Shown: positions 57,360-64,000 of the stretch, one piece after another
Layout: each line of letters starts with the position of its first letter
How positions within the stretch are numbered: position 1 is the first letter of the stretch
Assembly (NCBI GenBank): GCA_048772705.1
Contig: JBLWGC010000230.1
Span: 930,001 to 994,000 of the forward strand
Direction of reading: 5' to 3'
DNA from: Leidyana gryllorum EB-2025a
Lineage: Eukaryota; Protista; Apicomplexa
DNA length: 64,000 nt
Notes under the pieces: generated by a model
Told to the model about the DNA's origin: nothing
Seen by the model: only the letters and a program-made list of their open reading frames with translations
The model's database searches: none
Program-made: the position numbers and the translations under genes

Positions 57360-58312
57360 AACTGATTTTAAGTGTGATTGTGCTCGAGGGCATATTTGGT
57401 AGTATTGTCGACCAGGTCCCGCACTGGAGCGTAGATGATCTGGTCCAAGCTGACTGTCCCAGAAATCATCATATCTATCCAACCTGTGCACATTTCTGTG
57501 AGAATCATCACCAATGGCGTACCCTAAGAGAGCTGGACGAGAGCTCATGCGGTGGAGTTTTACCTGTAGATTACGAAATCCTTCTCCGGCGGAAACGCGG
57601 GCATTGGCCGGTGAATGCAAGTGAAGTGCGAGACATTGGGGATCGCCAGTCAAGATTCCTGGTGGACTTTAGATTCACTCATGCGAACTATAGTGACCCT
57701 GGCTCGATAGACGAAGTCACCATCAATCCGCACAGGCGTAACCATTACTGCAAGTGGTCCAATTATGCGGCCTACGAAGTGGCTATGGACGATTTCGAGT
57801 GCACTGTCACCACAGGTGCCAACCGATGCTCAGCTCGCCGACCCTTCACCAATGCTGAGATGCGGAAATGGTTCATTCAGGATTGGCCGAACGATGTTTG
57901 GTATGAAGGGCTGCTGACCGATGAAGAGAATTTTATTGCCCACTTTAATGTAACCCGCCATGTCGTCACCAATCACACAAGGGCTCTTCAAGATGGATTG
58001 CTCATAGAGAGACGCGGGTCAGAAACCCAAACATGTGTGCCTCCACGGGACGAAGCGGGTTGGGTGGAGGTAATCGATAGAGCATGGGTCTCAGGATCTA
58101 ATTGGTGTGGTTCCATCACCGACTGCTACCAATGTCAGACTGCCATCAATTGCGACTGGTGTCTAACTCCTTCATATGAGTACAAGTGTGTTGACTACTG
58201 TTTGGATCCCTGGAAGGCGAGTACCACTTGCGATTCAGCCTCTGGCCATCGCCCAATAGTCAGTGCAGCAATCTTTGTCCTCGTCCTTAGCTCAGCGTGC
58301 TTCTTAATCTGA
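57356..58312 (+). CDS. Secreted, probably GPI-anchored Cys-rich surface protein with a C-terminal PSI-like domain
   Basis: Signal peptide MKLILSVIVLEGIFG; CGSITDCYQCQTAINCDWC...C; hydrophobic C-terminus preceded by SAS. Confidence 0.65.
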   Translation: MKLILSVIVLEGIFGSIVDQVPHWSVDDLVQADCPRNHHIYPTCAHFCENHHQWRTLRELDESSCGGVLPVDYEILLRRKRGHWPVNASEVRDIGDRQSRFLVDFRFTHANYSDPGSIDEVTINPHRRNHYCKWSNYAAYEVAMDDFECTVTTGANRCSARRPFTNAEMRKWFIQDWPNDVWYEGLLTDEENFIAHFNVTRHVVTNHTRALQDGLLIERRGSETQTCVPPRDEAGWVEVIDRAWVSGSNWCGSITDCYQCQTAINCDWCLTPSYEYKCVDYCLDPWKASTTCDSASGHRPIVSAAIFVLVLSSACFLI

Positions 58313-58353
58313 CCCGCACGAACAAAAGTTTGAATTTAAGCCTCTTCACGCCC

Positions 58354-61300
58354 ATGGTGGGCGTTGTCACCCGACGAGCATTCCAGCTCCCTTTGCCATA
58401 TGAAGTCAACCTGGTTGATGCTCTGCTCGCGAATGACGGCTTGGTGGTGCTGGGCAGTGGGATGTGCGAGATTCAAATTAGTCTCTTATATTTAGCTACA
58501 TGGCTCATAAAGCGCAAGGCTGCCAATATATTCACCCTCCCGCTCGTTCTCATAGTCGGTCTATCAACCCCGGAATCGTTTGATGCGTTGAAAGCACGTG
58601 TAAAGTATGTACAAGAACTGCAAGATATACCTTTCGAATTCTTAGGAGTTGATTCTGATATACGTGAACGAAGCCAGAAACTGCAGAATGGGGGTATTTA
58701 TGCCAGTACCAGCCGTACGTTAGTCATAGATGCTCTCGCGGGTCGTCTATCCCGCGACCGAGTTGACGGCTTGCTGATCTATGAAGCACACACGTAAGCG
58801 TACACAACACCACACACGCTGATATGTCTGTGTCTCCGTATGAATTGCTGCAGTTTGTTAAATCGCTGTAATGATATGTTTATGATTCAGCTCCTACGCG
58901 ACTCCGAGCGATATCAAGAGATGAAGCGCGGAGCTTATCGAGCACCAACCCTGCATGATTCATCTCCGCGGAACAGCGCCACATCGCAGAACGCCCAAAG
59001 CCCAGCGGATAGCAAAGTCCGCCAGCGCTTCTGTCACGCCTTCTCCGACAACCCTGTTTTGATGAATCGGCATTTCAATCAGGCCGAAAGGACAATGCGG
59101 GTGCTGGGTGTTCGTCGTGTGTTCTTCATGCCCCGTGCGGCTCAGAAAGTGAAGGAGTGCTTGAATGCGGCAGTAATCGCTCCGAGCGCTGAGCAGAAGC
59201 TCATCAAGTTGTCACCGCTGGGCGACCGAATGCAGACTGCCTTGTTGGATATGATACAAATGGGTCTGGAAGAATTTCAAAAGCGTGCGCCTGGGATCAT
59301 AGGGGCAGCAGATAACCCTCTGGACGCTCGCAAGCAATTATTTCGGGACTTGGATCAGTCTCAGCCGGGCTCAAACTTGGACCACTATTGGCATCGCTTA
59401 CGGCCACGTGAACGCAAATTATACAATGACATTGTGATTTTGCGGAGTCTTCTGGTGCGGCTCATCAGATCGGACTCCGTTGAGTTTTGGAGAGCGCTCA
59501 CCGAACTACATACGAGTTCCTCGGACGCGACTGGGTTGGATGAAATCTGGTTCATGCAAGAAGCTGCGGCAACATTATTTGAGTGTGCCCGTGGCCGATT
59601 ATGGCGGCCTGAAGCTGATCCGGATGATCTGATGAAGCGGCGGTTTCATCTGTATTTTGAGCCCAATACTCGGCTGGTAGAGGTTCCTCGCATTATATCT
59701 AACTTTACGAGCGTTTGTCCGGATTTACCTCGCGACTTGCGGATATTAATTCTGGCTGAAGATCCCAAACAACGACTACAGATACTCAATGTGAGATCGT
59801 ACCTTCCGTCAACTCCTTTTCATCACTCTGCGATTGCAGACTATCGCCTTCGGAGCCTCTTACACTGTGAGCTGCAATGCTCGGCGACTATTGGAGCATA
59901 TGGTGGACTCTGACCGGCAACGTCGAATGGTGACAGTGGGTGGGGTCGGTGCTGTCAAGACCGATAACGCTGCTACTCGGGACATAGAGATGTTGGAAGA
60001 GGCCTGGAATGATCCGAAAAGGGCGTCGATTCCGCTCCGGTGAGTGAGACGCGAGAGTTGAAAGTATTATCACACGTAATGACCGATGTGTAGATCCAAT
60101 CCGCGTACTTTGGTCGAGGAAGAAGAGGTTTTGGAGTACTTGCGGCGCGATTTGAGCAAAAAGGGGTATCCTGTGAACCCCCATTTGAGAGTGTTATCAA
60201 TGCAGGGGGCCCCTCCCGATTTTGTGGAGTTTACAATGCTCGAATACCGTCCCCATCTGATCATATCTATGGGTATGCACTTTGAATGGTTCCGAGAGGT
60301 TGAGATCGGCAATGCACGACTCGCCTTAGCGTGTCTCGATTTGAAACGTCGAGTGGAAATGAAGGCCCAGCAGCAGGAGACGGGGAGAGAAGCATCACCT
60401 TCGACGGATAAGAAGGCCGGGGCCGGGCGAAAGAACTGTTCTCCTGCGACGAGTGAGCCGATAGTGAGCGTCGCAGGAGACTTGGCCCGCGAGATCACGA
60501 ATCCGACACCCGCAAGTTCATCCAACGGGGCCTTTTCGGCCCCGGCGTCAAACGAGATTGTCGGCGGCAGTTCTTCATCGGTTATAACGGTTAAGAGCGA
60601 AGAGGAGGGAGTGATTGCGCCCCCTAAGAAGAAGCGGAGGACTATGGATCTGCACCCGTTGATGAGTAGCCCAGACGACCAGTTGGGATTGGAAGGTGTC
60701 GAGAAGTTTGATTACAACTCGTTGGATAATACGGGGGGTCCCGAGACGTTCGTTTACGTTCTGGGATGCGTCAACAGTTGCGAACAGGCGGAATACGAGT
60801 ATCAGGTGAAGGCTGAGCAGAAGGCCTGGGATTTCCTCATTCAAACCAAAGCCACCATGATGATGACGAGTCGCCCACACGAACTGGATATGTTGGCAGC
60901 GATGCCCACTGAAGAAGAACGCTTAAAATACGTTCTCTCTGTGACGACCGACGTAACGGTGGGGTCAACGCGTAAAGGTGGCGGTGGCATTGCTATGGCC
61001 ACCAAGCAACTGCGCGACCGGGCAATAGAATACTATCGCGAGGCCATCAAACAGGCCAGAGACAATGGACTGCAGGAGCCCAAGTTACCGGTGCTGAGCC
61101 GAATGAGCGCTGTCGAACTCCTCGAGATAGTGAAGCCGAGCATTCTGGTTGATGTTCGCGAGTTCCGATCATCGCTGCCTTTCCAACTCTACCAAGAGAG
61201 TATGCGTCTGGTCCCTCTGACCCTTCCCATTGCCGACTATGTTTTGACACCGGATATCGGAGTGGAGCGGAAAGCGCTCCCCGATCTGATTCAATCGCTG

Positions 61301-62916
61301 CGGTCCGGCCGTTTATATCACCAGTGCGAGAGATTGACCCGGGCCTACGCCTGTCCCACTATCCTCCTGGAGTTCGACTCGGGCAGCAGAGGGTATCTGC
61401 GACAGTCCGCCATGGCCCAGGGATTCGCTGAGAACGACGACGGACTCAAGTTTCAGCACAACAAGTTCCATTTGGGCTCAAACCGCACTCTCGAGGATCC
61501 GGTCGATGCTCCTTTTGTGATCAGCAAACTCGCTGTTCTAATGACCCGGTTCCACACACTCCGCTTCATATGGAGTCCCGACTGCGCCTTCTCCGCTGAG
61601 ATGTTGAGAGCTCTGAAACAGGGAGCCCCCCAACCAATCGTGGAACAGGCGATGCAAGTCTGTCAAGGGGGGGCAGGTGAGACGGCCGACAGCGCCGTGG
61701 CAAAGAAGAAGCCCAAAGCGAAACCCGCCGTCGAGGAACAGCCCAAAGAGGAACACCACAGCCCATCGCCCGTCAGAGAGAGCAAAGCAGAGCCAGGAGT
61801 GGCGGAGACGGCGAGAGAGGAGGAGAGCGAGAAGGATGTTGAAGTACTCTCGGTCGAGGCTGCGTCCACCAAACTGCTCCCTCCAGCCGAGACATTGAGG
61901 GCGCTCGATAGTTTCGCCCACAAATCCCAACCACTCAACGGGGACGACATTCCAACGACAGCGTCTCCGGCAGTGAAGAGCCGCGCCACAGCCAAAAGCC
62001 GCGCCAAGAGCAAAGCCGCCGCCGGCAAGTTGAAAGCCGGCGAAGAGGTCGAGGTCGATGAGTCCAGCTCATCGGTCGCGAAGCCCAAAAGTAGAGCTGG
62101 CGCAAAGGCGAAGGGGAAAGCGAAGGCGAAAGCGAAGGGGAAAGCGAAGGCGAAAGCGACAGCCAAAAGCAGAGTGAAAGGGGCAGCCACCGCCAAGTCG
62201 CCTGACGATGATGGAGAAAATCCGGGGTCAGGCAAAGTCATCGAGACGATCAGTGAAGAGGCTGCCGATATAGTGGTCACTGAGTTGGAGGAATTGATGA
62301 GACGGTTTCGGGAGAAAGAAGCCTCTGGTTCGGCGGAACAGTTGGCACATGATGCGAGTCCGAGGCCCTTGGAGGACTTGGATTTTGACTATATTGAAGA
62401 CCCGAATGAGCCGATTCTGGAAGAAGAGGCACCGGACCTGCTGGGGCAAGTTGTGGGTGGTATATCATTGGGTCCACGTACACAACTGGAATTGGGGGCT
62501 CAGTTGAAACGAAAAGACGACGAGGACACATTCGAGCCGCAAATCTGGTGGAACGCCTCGAATGCTATTAATGTGGGAGCAGTCGATCTTCTACAGAAAA
62601 TGCCCAATGTTGGCTCGCTGGCATTGGATCGGACAGTGAGAAGATACAGAAGCCTCCGAGACATTCTCTTGGCTTCCGAAGAGGATTTGGGGACAAAAAT
62701 AGGCAGGTATGTTGGCAGTTGTATAGCGGGACTCTTGGCTGACCGCACTCTTCTGTCGCAGTGAAGAAGCGCGTGGTATATTTTCAGCACTCGACAGATG
62801 CCATCAGTGGTCATACGATACATTGGACTCCAACAACAGCGTAAGCTGCTGGATGCAAGCAGATGTCGTCAGGATCCGAACTCTTTGTGCAGGGAGCACG
62901 CGTTCTGAAATCGTGA
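58354..62916 (+). CDS. ERCC4: DNA repair endonuclease XPF/Rad1 (ERCC4), multi-exon
   Basis: DGLVVLGSG, SRTLVIDAL, STRKGGG, LVDVREFRSSLP, DYVLTPDIGVERK..DLIQSL.SGRLYHQ; HhH region LLQKMPNV. The 3' exons are predicted. Confidence 0.93.
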
Positions 62917-63012
62917 TCCATCGGCGGCAGAGGGAACGGACGGATGAGGAGACGGTGGGGAAGACATGAAATAATAAAGGCGGTTTCCTGATGGAAGTAT
63001 TGCACTCCACAC

Positions 63013-63780
63013 TTATATCACATTGTGTCCATTTGCCAGTGGCAACAGCTTCGCAACCTGAAACCAAAGTCTCACCCAAACGCGGCCTCCCACTCACCAT
63101 ATTCGATATGCGATTCAGCGACTTGGCGCCATCGGCCTCCTCAACACAGCAGCAGCCTGCACCTACGTACGGGAACTTCACCCGTACCCCCAGTACGACT
63201 AAATCCTGTGAGTCGTCAGGTGAATACCAACGGGTATCATTAGGCAACCTGAATCAGCCAGCAACCAGTCGTCAGCTAACCACAAGCTTCCCGAATACCA
63301 ACTCACTGGCGGTGGAACAAATTGAATAACTCTTGAGCCGTCCGCGAGACACAAGCACCGTGAACCTTCTTCTCCCGTTCAAAGCTCTCAGCAGCCTCCG
63401 CCTCCCGATTCACAGCAGCCTGCTTTGATGGAGGACACAGAGGTAAATTTGGAAGCTCCGCCTTTGCGGAACCAGGCTCTGCGGCCCCCATTTGATCTAT
63501 CAAATCCGCTCCGACAAAGTAGTAATTAGACTTGCCCGGAACCGTTCCATTTTCCCCTGCAAAGTAAACCCAATCATAATGCTGCAATTCTAACCAGCTT
63601 ACGTAAAATGGCCAGGCCCGTGGGGCCATTTACTGCTTCCTTTGCCTCGTATGTACAAAGCGTACCGGTCAGCGAAGTGCCAGAAGTCAAATGGGCCGTA
63701 ACGCGTCCTGCATTCTCAATCAAATATCGGTAACCAAAGGGAAACCTACCACCAATGGGAGGAGGGGCGTTGGTCGCCAT
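63013..63780 (-). CDS. LSM12: LSM12-like protein (Sm fold plus anticodon-binding domain), multi-exon
   Basis: Sm-like strands SGTSLTGTLCTYE; VSRTAQELFNLF.., RW..., LVVLGVRVKFPY; last exon VAKLLPLANGHNVI*. Confidence 0.75.
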
Positions 63781-64000
63781 TTCGAAACGCAGAAAAAGCT
63801 TTATCAAAAAGGTTTAAGTTGACTATACCACATGATTGGTTCAGTTGTGTGAACCTCAACTTTCTCCCCTACAACCTCATTACTTGTCCCCACCAGCCCA
63901 TTCATGGCGGATGGCCAGTCGCACAGGTTCCATCTCAACCCGGTGGTTCTGACATTGCGAACCGGAACTGCTCAGGCGAAAATGTATCGTACAACAGGGC

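Noticed and set aside
1-64000. Frameshifted pseudogenes or stop-codon reassignment explaining fragmented ORFs
   Set aside because: The breaks examined coincide with GT...AG introns of consistent phase; the standard genetic code suffices.
63904-64000. Start of another gene at the window edge
   Set aside because: Only about 32 codons are visible, with no recognisable motif.

Overview
This window is eukaryotic and extremely gene-dense: about 38 protein-coding genes in 64 kb, mostly with short (about 40-60 nt) GT-AG introns. A calcium-dependent protein kinase, a PAN/Apple mucin and a small myzozoan-type mitochondrial protein point to an alveolate, probably a compact-genome apicomplexan such as a gregarine (inference). 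Most loci are housekeeping genes: importin-alpha, eL14, V-ATPase A and H, an RFC small subunit, RBX1, deoxyhypusine synthase, a patatin lipase, ECT, a DEAH helicase, Mpp10, SRP54, GRP170, Prx5, MsrB, XPF and LSM12. Five things stand out on manual reading. (1) A contiguous ER protein-import cluster, Sec61gamma-Sec61beta-SRP54-GRP170, whose two Sec61 genes are absent from the ORF track and were rebuilt from splice sites. (2) A tandem pair of intronless, highly degenerate Hsp70-fold pseudo-ATPases. (3) A tail-to-tail pair of paralogous, divergent GT2-like glycosyltransferases close to a nucleotide-sugar transporter. (4) Four head-to-head gene pairs whose ATGs are only 22-28 nt apart. (5) A run of same-strand genes with overlapping stop and start codons. 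No rRNA, tRNA, CRISPR array or mobile element was recognised. All family assignments come from reading motifs by eye, not from database searches, and multi-exon boundaries are manual predictions.
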